Shown here: piece after piece, positions 15,641 through 23,714 of the stretch
How the letters are laid out: each line of letters starts with the position of its first letter
Numbering within the stretch: position 1 is the first letter of the stretch
Source: a virus
DNA length: 44,062 nt
Strand: one strand, 5' to 3'
IMG/VR virus record: IMGVR_UViG_3300045988_030948
Location: 1-44,062 of that record
Program-made: the position numbers and the translations under genes
Notes under the pieces: generated by a model
Told to the model about the DNA's origin: nothing
What the model saw: the letters and a program-made list of their open reading frames with translations, nothing else
The model's database searches: none

Positions 15641-15858
15641 TGGCAACAAAGGTTACAAAGGTTGCGTTAGAGTGTCCGACCTTAAACGTAACCGAGGAAT
15701 ACGAGATTAGCCACGCCGAACGCCTTTTGCGTATGCCGAATAACGGCGGTTGGCGTTTACCCGAAAAATCAACATTTGAATTTATCGACAATGGGATTAG
15801 ACGTAAAGGAAATAAGAAAACAGATAACGGAGCCACGGAAACGGACGACGATAAATAA
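15640..15858 (+). CDS. hypothetical protein (72 aa)
   Basis: Coupled by a TAATG overlap to the upstream gene. Overlaps the portal ORF start by about 70-80 nt in another frame. Confidence 0.4.
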   Translation: MATKVTKVALECPTLNVTEEYEISHAERLLRMPNNGGWRLPEKSTFEFIDNGIRRKGNKKTDNGATETDDDK

Positions 15859-17515
15859 AGCGGTTCAACACCAAAACCGCATTAAGTTTCACGCCCAAAC
15901 CAACGTTACCCCGTTGATATGTCAACCGACGACCGATTTTTTGGCGTGGGTCGGCAATCTTATTCCGCATGATAAATTCAAAATATTCAAAACTCTTTTC
16001 CGTTACCCCGTTCGCACGAATGAGGTAACGGGAATTTGTTTTGATAAGTTAAGCCGCATTTTTGACGGTCGTAACCCGGCGTTCAATTATCAGTTTCAGA
16101 ACACCGAGCAAAGGGACGATTGGGAGTATTACAGACAGGACGTATTAAAGGAGCCGGAAATATGGAGTACCAAAGGTTGGGAGTATTTCAAAACGGAAAT
16201 AAACAGCGTCCTAATTGTTGATATGCCGACCGAACCGAACGCCGACCGTTACCCGACCCCGTATTTTTATTGGTTGCCTATCGAAAGCGTCATAACCTTT
16301 GAGGCAAACAGGACAACCGGGGTTATGGATTGGATTATTTTCAGACAGCCTGACAAAAGGATTGCCGTTATTGACAACGAACGTTACCGGATATTTACCG
16401 AGGACGGCGGCGGCAATATCGGCGAATTGTTGGTTGACAACCCGCACGATTTGGGTTATTGTCCCGCCCGGTTCTTTTGGAACGAACCGTTGAACCTCAA
16501 AGAACCGGACGTTAAGCAATCCCCGCTTACAAAGGAATTGGAGGCGTTGGATTGGTTTTTGTTCTTTCATGTATCAAAACGTCATTTGGATTTGTACGGG
16601 GCGTATCCGATTTATTCCGGTTACGAACAATCGTGCGATTTCAGCAACGCCGAAAACGGCGACTATTGCGACGGCGGATTTTTGAAAGACAAACAAGGGT
16701 ATTACCGATTAGACCAAGCCGGGTTGTTGATGCGTTGCCCCAAATGCGGGGATAAGCGCATTACCGGGGCGGGGTCATTCGTTGAAATACCAATCCCGGA
16801 CGGGGACAAACAACCCGATTTACGTAACCCGGTGCAAATCCTTACAATCGACCGTTCAAGTTTGGAATATAACGTTGAGGAAGAAACACGATTGCGGGAA
16901 AACATTATTACGGCGGTTGTCGGTCAAAACGAGGAAATAACCCAAAGAGAGGCATTTAACGAACAACAAGTTGCGGCGGCGTTTGAGAGCCAAAGCACGG
17001 TATTAAACAGGGTAAAGAAAGGATTTGAGGCGGCGCAACAATTCGTCGATGAAACGGTTTGCCGCTTGCGTTATGGCAATATGTTTGTTTCTGCAAAAGT
17101 CAATTACGGAACCGAGTTTTATTTGTACGACGCAACCGAGTTGCGGAACCGTTACAAAGCCGCAAGGGATAGCGGCGCAAGCGAGGCGGAATTGGACGCA
17201 TTGCAAAACCAACTTATCGAAACAGAGTACCGGAACAACCCGACCCAATTACAGCGTATGTTGATATTGGCGGAATTGGAACCGTACCGCCATTTGACCC
17301 GTACCGAGGTATTGGATTTATACGGGCGTAACTTAATTACCGAGAACGAATTGCGCATTAAACTTAACTTTGCTAACTTTGTGCGCAGGTTTGAACGGGA
17401 AAATACAAATATTTTGGAGTTCGGAACGCAAATACCGTTCAGCCAAAAGATAACAGTAATAACAAATAAATTTAATGATTATGCGAGTGAAAGCAGGAGC
17501 CGAGGGGAAAGTTAA
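15776..17515 (+). CDS. portal protein (putative)
   Basis: 579 aa. This is the largest ORF in the segment between terL (ends 14867) and the scaffold gene (starts 18039). The call rests on size and position only. Alternative start at 15791. Confidence 0.6.
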   Translation: MNLSTMGLDVKEIRKQITEPRKRTTINKAVQHQNRIKFHAQTNVTPLICQPTTDFLAWVGNLIPHDKFKIFKTLFRYPVRTNEVTGICFDKLSRIFDGRNPAFNYQFQNTEQRDDWEYYRQDVLKEPEIWSTKGWEYFKTEINSVLIVDMPTEPNADRYPTPYFYWLPIESVITFEANRTTGVMDWIIFRQPDKRIAVIDNERYRIFTEDGGGNIGELLVDNPHDLGYCPARFFWNEPLNLKEPDVKQSPLTKELEALDWFLFFHVSKRHLDLYGAYPIYSGYEQSCDFSNAENGDYCDGGFLKDKQGYYRLDQAGLLMRCPKCGDKRITGAGSFVEIPIPDGDKQPDLRNPVQILTIDRSSLEYNVEEETRLRENIITAVVGQNEEITQREAFNEQQVAAAFESQSTVLNRVKKGFEAAQQFVDETVCRLRYGNMFVSAKVNYGTEFYLYDATELRNRYKAARDSGASEAELDALQNQLIETEYRNNPTQLQRMLILAELEPYRHLTRTEVLDLYGRNLITENELRIKLNFANFVRRFERENTNILEFGTQIPFSQKITVITNKFNDYASESRSRGES

Positions 17516-18002
17516 AGACGTTGCGATTACGGACGTTACCCCCGAAAATTACATTGTCCCCGACAATGAGAAACATTTGTATCATTGTATCATTGAGGTA
17601 CGCAAATTCGATTCGGAAAGCGGCAAACGTCTTTCCGTTCCCCGTATTCAGAAGTTCGGTAAAAAGTCGTTTGACAACGGCGTTGGTTCCAATCTGAAAA
17701 AACAGGGTTACACGGTAACGATTTTGCACGACCCCGCCGAGTACATGAAACAGCAAGCCGAGGAAAAAGCGGCAAAGAACGCCGAGGCACAGAAAGCCGC
17801 ACAGGAAAAAGCCGCCGCCGATGCAAAGGCAAAGGCAGACGCCGACGCAAAAGCCAAAGCCGAGGAAAAAGCCGCTTTGAAAGCGGAAATTTTGGCAGAG
17901 TTGAAAGCGGCGGGCGTTATCCCGGCGGAACCCGCCAAAGGAACCAAAGCCGATGCAAAGGCAAAGGCAGACGCCGACGATAAAACCGAGGCGAAAAAGT
18001 AA
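17475..18002 (+). CDS. hypothetical head-module protein with Lys/Ala-rich repetitive C-terminus
   Basis: 175 aa. The C-terminal half is AEEKAAKNAEAQKAAQEKAAADAKAKADADAKAKAEEKAA..., which carries an exact 31-nt DNA repeat. Confidence 0.55.
   Translation: MIMRVKAGAEGKVKDVAITDVTPENYIVPDNEKHLYHCIIEVRKFDSESGKRLSVPRIQKFGKKSFDNGVGSNLKKQGYTVTILHDPAEYMKQQAEEKAAKNAEAQKAAQEKAAADAKAKADADAKAKAEEKAALKAEILAELKAAGVIPAEPAKGTKADAKAKADADDKTEAKK
17817..17979 (+). repeat. 31-nt exact direct repeat (17817-17847 and 17949-17979) inside the CDS
   Basis: gccgatgcaaaggcaaaggcagacgccgacg occurs twice. It encodes the ADAKAKADAD segments. Confidence 0.85.
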
Positions 18003-18019
18003 CAGAGTATTAACACATA

Positions 18020-18038
18020 AATTCAAAGGGTTAGAATT
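18020..18038 (+). promoter_or_regulatory. stem-loop with AAAGGGUUA loop (copy 2), abutting the start codon
   Basis: AATTC-AAAGGGTTA-GAATT. The 3' arm ends one base before the ATG at 18039. Confidence 0.6.
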
Positions 18039-18992
18039 ATGGCATTAACAATTGAGATATTAAAGGCAAATGCGGCATTAGCCGGATTAACCGACGAACA
18101 ATTGGCGGCGATAACCACGTTATCAGCCAACGACGAAAACAGCGTTATAGCCCAAAAGACGGGCAAAATTTACGGCGATTTGGACGCCGATATTTTGGCG
18201 GCAACGGGCGTGGCGAAAAACGGAACGGAAAAAACATACGATTATGCAAAGCGTGTGTTGTCCGATTTCAAAACCAAAGCGGAAAGCGCAACCACGTTGC
18301 AAACTCAAATCGACGGTCTGACGAAAGAAAAGGCACGTTTGGAAAAGGCAATTGCCGACGGTGCGACGGATGCGGAAACCGCAAAGGCATTGAAGCAAGC
18401 GAAAGCCGATTTAACGGCGATTACAACACAGTTCAACGACCTAAAAACGAAATACGACCAAGCCGAACAAACCCATACAACGGAATTGTTCGGCATACGT
18501 GTTGAAACGGCATTGCAGACAGCAACCGCCGGATTGAAGTTTAAGGCGGGATTGCCGGAAAGCGCAACAAAGGTTCTATTGTCGCAAGCCGTTGACAAAA
18601 TTAAGGGTATGAACCCGGAGTTTATCGACGACGGCAAAGGCGGCAAAGTATTAGCGTTTAAGGACGAAAACGGCGCAATCATGCGCAACCCGAACAATCA
18701 GTTGAACCCGTACACCCCCGGCGACCTTTTGACCCGTGAATTGGAAACAATGGGTATTTTAGACAAAGGACGTCAAGCGGGCGGCGGCGGAACGGTTCCC
18801 CCGGCGGGTGGTTCCGGCGGTGCGGGCGGCGCAACAATCGACGTGTCGCAAGCCAAAACGAGGGTTGAGGCACAGGAGGCAATAACAACGTCATTATTGG
18901 CGCAAGGCTTAACGGTGGGTTCAAAGGAATTTGATACAGCCGTTACGCAAGCGTGGAAAGATAATAACGTTGCGGCATTGCCGGAAAAGTAA
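18039..18992 (+). CDS. scaffolding protein (putative)
   Basis: 317 aa. Ala/Lys/Glu/Thr-rich with a helical, coiled-coil character and a Gly-rich segment. Lies immediately upstream of the capsid gene. Confidence 0.6.
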   Translation: MALTIEILKANAALAGLTDEQLAAITTLSANDENSVIAQKTGKIYGDLDADILAATGVAKNGTEKTYDYAKRVLSDFKTKAESATTLQTQIDGLTKEKARLEKAIADGATDAETAKALKQAKADLTAITTQFNDLKTKYDQAEQTHTTELFGIRVETALQTATAGLKFKAGLPESATKVLLSQAVDKIKGMNPEFIDDGKGGKVLAFKDENGAIMRNPNNQLNPYTPGDLLTRELETMGILDKGRQAGGGGTVPPAGGSGGAGGATIDVSQAKTRVEAQEAITTSLLAQGLTVGSKEFDTAVTQAWKDNNVAALPEK

Positions 18993-18998
18993 ACAACA

Positions 18999-19017
18999 CG
19001 GGTAAAGGGTTAACCCG
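18999..19017 (+). promoter_or_regulatory. stem-loop with AAAGGGUUA loop (copy 3)
   Basis: CGGGT-AAAGGGTTA-ACCCG, lying between the scaffold stop (18992) and the capsid ATG (19046). Confidence 0.6.
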
Positions 19018-19045
19018 CATTTAATAACAATAAAAATTTTAGATT

Positions 19046-20143
19046 ATGTCATTAGTAGCAACAAGATTGCAGAATTGGCGAGTACAAAACCCGGAGTTAG
19101 ACCGTAATATGACCCGCCCGTGTGAGTATGGAGCATTGGACTTTTTCATTGAGCAAACCAACGCCCCGTCCTCAATCATTAATCCCAATTTGAGGGATAA
19201 AGCGTTTGCAAGTATCGGTAACACGGTACAAGTTCCCGTTATCAATTACGACGAAAACGTACAGGTAAGCAATGTACGTTCGTGCGTTATTGCGGACAAT
19301 GAAAATACGTCCGCATTGGTAACGCTTGTTTGGGCGACGTATTCCATTGGCTTTACAATGGTTCCGGCGGCGTACATGAACAACGAAATTTCGTATGAAC
19401 ACGACTTTTTGCGTAAAATGGAAAAGACGTGCCGTGCGTTGGCAAACACTTTGGACGCCGGGGCGGTTGCCGCTTTGGAGGCGAACAAAACGCAAGTGTT
19501 TGAAACGTTGTTGAATTACACGCAGACCGGAAACGTTATACAGGTTCCACAACAAATGGCGACCGAAATATTGGGCGATATTAACCCGATTATGCGTGCC
19601 AACTGTTACCCGGAATATATTCACCTTATCGGTAACGCCGGGGTTGATAGCCTTATTCGTAAACTTGCGCAACACGGAATTTACAACGACGTTAACAAGC
19701 GCATGGAGTACGACAACAAGGTTATCCACTACACGAACAACGTTACCGACGAAAGCGGTAAAATGGGAACCATGTTTGCCGTATCGGACGGAAACGTTGG
19801 TATCTTAACCCGTGTTGACCGTGAGGCATTGCGCCGCACCCGTGCGAATTTCCACGAATGGGACGTTGTACGTTTGCCGTACATTGATTTGCCCGTTGGG
19901 TCGCACTATTACACCGCAGTTGGCGACCAATCCGCAATCATGGGAGCCGCAACCGAAGATTTGACGTGCGCCGTTAAGGAGTATTTCGGATTTTCCGTTG
20001 ACGTGGCGTATATGGTTGCTTACAATAGCAACCCGACCACGATTGCCAACCCGATTATCAAAGCGGAAATTGAGGCACGCGACCCGAACCAACCGTTAGG
20101 GATGCCCGTTTACGTAGTTAATCCCCCGACAACAACACCGTAA
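19046..20143 (+). CDS. major capsid protein (putative)
   Basis: 365 aa. Follows the scaffold gene and is followed by a strong terminator. The call rests on size and position. Confidence 0.65.
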   Translation: MSLVATRLQNWRVQNPELDRNMTRPCEYGALDFFIEQTNAPSSIINPNLRDKAFASIGNTVQVPVINYDENVQVSNVRSCVIADNENTSALVTLVWATYSIGFTMVPAAYMNNEISYEHDFLRKMEKTCRALANTLDAGAVAALEANKTQVFETLLNYTQTGNVIQVPQQMATEILGDINPIMRANCYPEYIHLIGNAGVDSLIRKLAQHGIYNDVNKRMEYDNKVIHYTNNVTDESGKMGTMFAVSDGNVGILTRVDREALRRTRANFHEWDVVRLPYIDLPVGSHYYTAVGDQSAIMGAATEDLTCAVKEYFGFSVDVAYMVAYNSNPTTIANPIIKAEIEARDPNQPLGMPVYVVNPPTTTP

Positions 20144-20164
20144 GGGAGCCGCAATTGTTTAATC

Positions 20165-20198
20165 AAAGGGGGGCGGGAATAAAACCCCGTTCCCCTTT
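20165..20198 (+). terminator. intrinsic terminator after the capsid gene
   Basis: AAAGGGGGGCGGG-aataaaa-CCCCGTTCCCCTTT followed by a T-run. Confidence 0.7.
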
Positions 20199-20215
20199 TT
20201 TAATTTAGAACGCAG

Positions 20216-21553
20216 ATGTACCGATTAAAAGAAATACAGGACGCATTATTGCACGTCGTCGGGTGGGAACAATCATTTGACCCGGCAAAGGCGATAAACG
20301 ACGATTTAACGCAGACCGAAAGCGGTTTGTATTTTCAAGGTGCGCACCCGCTTGTAACGTTGGATAATATCCGGGCAATCGTCCCGGATGATTTCGTTTA
20401 TCAGTATCCCGAATGGAATTTGATAACCGAGTATAAGACGGGGGCAAAGGTTCGCCACAATAACGAAATTTGGATTGCCCGCAAGGACAACCAAAACGAG
20501 GAACCAACCAAAAGCGATTTTAACGCAGATTTCAACTACGATTTCGGTAACGAGTATTGGGGCGTTTACAATTTCCTTTCCGACTATTTGGAACGATTGA
20601 CCCGCAATGGTATTGCGCAAATGGTACAAACGTTCACGCAAGTAAAGGGATTGGATAAGGAAACAAAAAACCTTTTGGAGCGTCGCACGTTCTTTGACGG
20701 TGCGGGGCGTATCCGGGCGACGTTGCAAAATACGCATAAGTTAGTAGGGTTTGAAATTGTCCCGGTTCGTTCAATGGGGGTAACAATGAAAATCGAACAA
20801 ATCGGGTTGCAAATGACAGGGGCAACGGGTACGGTTCGTATGTATCTTTTCCATTCGTCGCAAATCGACCCGATAAAGACGTTTGATTTGAATTTTACCG
20901 TTACAAATGGCGGCTTTCAATGGTTCCCGTTAAAGGACTGTTATTTGCCGTATATCAGCGACACAACGAACGCCGGGGGGTCGTGGTATCTATGTTACAA
21001 CCAAGACGAATTGCCCGCCGGAATGGAGGCAATAAACATGGTTAAGGATTGGAGCCGGGAACCGTGCGGAACGTGTACCGGGTACGGGTTGGATAATTGG
21101 AAAGAAATAACCAAGTATTTACAGGTTACGCCGTTCATGTTCAACGCCCCGGAAACATTCGCTGAATACCCGGAGTTGTGGGACGTGGCGTTGACGATGT
21201 ACACGACAACACAGAATTACGGGTTGAATTGCGAAATAACCGTTGGTTGCGACCTAACGGATTTTATCATTAAGGAAAGGCAGATTTTCCAAACTGTTAT
21301 CCAACGCCAAGTCGCCGCAACCGCATTGCGCACGTTGGCAATGAACCCGGACGTTAAGGTTAACCGCAACCAAGTAAACGCAACCCGTTTAGAAATACTT
21401 TACGAGTTGGACGGCAACACGACCGGGGTACGTCCCGGCGGTTTGGGTTATGACCTTAAAAAAGCATACGAGGCGTTGCGATTGGATACGCAGGGTATCG
21501 ACCGTATTTGCCTTACTTGTAACAACTACGGCGTAAAATACCGTACAACGTAA
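20216..21553 (+). CDS. virion morphogenesis protein, function unknown (445 aa)
   Basis: Clean ORF in the head-tail joining region. Contains CGTCTGYG and CLTCNNYG (two CxxC pairs). Confidence 0.55.
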   Translation: MYRLKEIQDALLHVVGWEQSFDPAKAINDDLTQTESGLYFQGAHPLVTLDNIRAIVPDDFVYQYPEWNLITEYKTGAKVRHNNEIWIARKDNQNEEPTKSDFNADFNYDFGNEYWGVYNFLSDYLERLTRNGIAQMVQTFTQVKGLDKETKNLLERRTFFDGAGRIRATLQNTHKLVGFEIVPVRSMGVTMKIEQIGLQMTGATGTVRMYLFHSSQIDPIKTFDLNFTVTNGGFQWFPLKDCYLPYISDTTNAGGSWYLCYNQDELPAGMEAINMVKDWSREPCGTCTGYGLDNWKEITKYLQVTPFMFNAPETFAEYPELWDVALTMYTTTQNYGLNCEITVGCDLTDFIIKERQIFQTVIQRQVAATALRTLAMNPDVKVNRNQVNATRLEILYELDGNTTGVRPGGLGYDLKKAYEALRLDTQGIDRICLTCNNYGVKYRTT

Positions 21554-21560
21554 TTGGTTT

Positions 21561-22037
21561 ATGGGGGGTATGCAGTCAATACAGGATTTGCGCAACAACG
21601 TTGAGAGGTTCAACAATGGGTTATCGTCCGGGTTGTTTATCCGGGATATAATCCACGACGGTATGACGACGGCGTTTATTATCGACGCCAACGCCGAGGA
21701 ACAATTGTTTGAACAAGGTATTAACCGTTTGGGCGTGGATATTATGGATTATATGCCATATACCCCGTTGACGATTTCCATTAAAGAGGAAAAGGGACAA
21801 CCAACGAACCGGGTAACGTTACGGGATGAGGGCGATTTTGAAAGTAGTTTTTATTTGGAGGTCGGCGACAAACAGTTTGAAATAAAGGCGTCAGATTTCA
21901 AAACGGAAGATTTGATAAAAAAGTACGGGCGGCAAATATTGGGATTGACCGACGAAAACATTGCGTCGTTGATTTGGCAATACATTTACCCCGATTTGTT
22001 GAACAAAGCAAAAACCGTGTTATATGGCAAAGAGTAA
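21561..22037 (+). CDS. virion morphogenesis protein, function unknown (158 aa)
   Basis: ORF assigned by position only. Confidence 0.5.
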   Translation: MGGMQSIQDLRNNVERFNNGLSSGLFIRDIIHDGMTTAFIIDANAEEQLFEQGINRLGVDIMDYMPYTPLTISIKEEKGQPTNRVTLRDEGDFESSFYLEVGDKQFEIKASDFKTEDLIKKYGRQILGLTDENIASLIWQYIYPDLLNKAKTVLYGKE

Positions 22038-22623
22038 TAAAATAATTCCTATAATCCCAAACCCGGTTTTAATTGACCGGGTTATTGGGAATATACAAGC
22101 CGGGTTAATGGAGAACGTCGATTGGTTGGACGTCGTATTTGGGAGGGCGCAACGGGTCGCAAAGATTATCAACGGCAAACGGTATTTCACGCCCAACGTA
22201 TATGCGGGCGGCACACAGTACCGAGGCAACAACGATTATATCGACGTATCCCCGGACGCCAATATTGGCAATTTCGGGTTCTTTTGGGTTGACGACCCGC
22301 AAAACGTGGGTTGGGTTCCCAAAGAACAAAGCACGATAAAAGCCCCGTTTGCGCTTATTGTGTGGTTCGACTTGCGCAAAGTATATCCGGGACAACTCAA
22401 CAACCGGAATACCGAGGCGTTAAAGAACGAAATATTAACCGTCTTAAATGGCGGCTTTTGGTTAAAAGACGGAACGATTGAGGTAAACCGGATTTATGAG
22501 TTGGCGGAAAACGTGTACCGGGGTTTTACGTTGGATGAAGTCGATAACCAATATTTGTTGCACCCGTTCGCCGGGTTCAGGTTTGAGGGTATATTGTCAG
22601 TTTCGCAACCTTGTAAAATTTGA
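22024..22623 (+). CDS. virion morphogenesis protein (tail tube or head-tail joining candidate, 199 aa)
   Basis: ORF with a 14-nt overlap onto the upstream gene. The function guess rests on position only. Confidence 0.45.
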   Translation: MAKSNKIIPIIPNPVLIDRVIGNIQAGLMENVDWLDVVFGRAQRVAKIINGKRYFTPNVYAGGTQYRGNNDYIDVSPDANIGNFGFFWVDDPQNVGWVPKEQSTIKAPFALIVWFDLRKVYPGQLNNRNTEALKNEILTVLNGGFWLKDGTIEVNRIYELAENVYRGFTLDEVDNQYLLHPFAGFRFEGILSVSQPCKI

Positions 22624-22626
22624 GAT

Positions 22627-22887
22627 ATGGAAATGATATTTGTAATATGGGTTTTGATTGTCGCAACCGTGGCGGCTTTCCTTTTATCCCTTTTGAAAAA
22701 ATGGGGCGTTGTGGAATACGTCCAAGTTCACGGCAACGACTTTTTCGCAAAGATGTTCAATTGCGGCTTTTGCTTATCATGGTGGGCGGGGGTCGCTTTG
22801 TCCGTTCTGTTTGCGATATGTACCGGGAACCCGTGGTTGTTATTGGTTCCTTTTTGTTCAACCGCCGTAACCCGTATATTGATATGA
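22627..22887 (+). CDS. small integral membrane protein, DUF1360-like (86 aa)
   Basis: Three hydrophobic segments. The NCGFCLSWWAG motif is reminiscent of DUF1360. Coupled to the next gene by an ATGA overlap. Confidence 0.5.
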   Translation: MEMIFVIWVLIVATVAAFLLSLLKKWGVVEYVQVHGNDFFAKMFNCGFCLSWWAGVALSVLFAICTGNPWLLLVPFCSTAVTRILI

Positions 22888-23654
22888 GAACAACGACGAT
22901 TGGAAAACGGGCGGTTGTGTTGTACGATAGTATCGACGAATTGCCAATGTTGCGATTTCATGCGTATAACAAAGCGTTGTTAATCGACGCCGGGGTTGGT
23001 TCCGACCTTAACGATTGGGACACGCATATTGAAAAGACAATCCGATTTATCCGAGGCAATAAACCGGAGTTGGCGGAAAAGGAATTGGATAATATGCGGC
23101 AAAACGTGTATTTCATTCAAACGGATATGTCGCCCCGGTATTTGGCTTTTTGCGCTTTAGTTAAGAGCGTGGACGGAACCGAATACAACGATATGACGCC
23201 GGACGGCTTGCAAAAGGTATTACAGTTGTTCGACGATGCACCGAACGCCGAGTTGACCGCCCAATTGGAAGCGGTCAAAAAAAAAATAGATGATGAGTTG
23301 CAATTGTATTTTCCTAAGAGTTTCGACGACGCCACGGTTAAAGAGTATTACGACCAATTGAAGCAACGCACATTGTTAATGTTGGATGCAATCATACAGG
23401 GCGACGAAACCGATAAGCAAGCGGAAATTGAGCAAATAACGACAATGTTATTGACTTATACCAAACCCCAATCGTTTAGCGGGTCGGATAGCATGGAAAT
23501 ACAGTACGACAAACAATTTGAAAATATGTGTTTGATGTTATCCCAACATTTGCACGTAAACCCCAAAACGTTTACCGTATTGGAATATTACAACGCTTTT
23601 GAGTATATCAAACAGGCGACCAAACCAAAGAACGCCAAAGCGGGCGCAAAATAG
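22884..23654 (+). CDS. tail assembly chaperone candidate (256 aa)
   Basis: I chose the internal ATG of track ORF 22620..23654 (MRTTTIGKRAVV...). Lies immediately upstream of the tape measure gene. The call rests on position only. Confidence 0.45.
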   Translation: MRTTTIGKRAVVLYDSIDELPMLRFHAYNKALLIDAGVGSDLNDWDTHIEKTIRFIRGNKPELAEKELDNMRQNVYFIQTDMSPRYLAFCALVKSVDGTEYNDMTPDGLQKVLQLFDDAPNAELTAQLEAVKKKIDDELQLYFPKSFDDATVKEYYDQLKQRTLLMLDAIIQGDETDKQAEIEQITTMLLTYTKPQSFSGSDSMEIQYDKQFENMCLMLSQHLHVNPKTFTVLEYYNAFEYIKQATKPKNAKAGAK

Positions 23655-23714
23655 CCCGTTTCCGGCGTTAATTGGTTCCGGTGGGTAAATTGATTACCGA
23701 GGAAATAAAATTGA

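Noticed and set aside
22024-23714. Programmed -1 frameshift (G/GT-type) in tail assembly chaperone genes upstream of the tape measure gene
   Set aside because: I found no overlapping second frame extending a chaperone ORF, and no obvious slippery heptamer at the 3' end of 22884..23654. The absence is noted but not proven.
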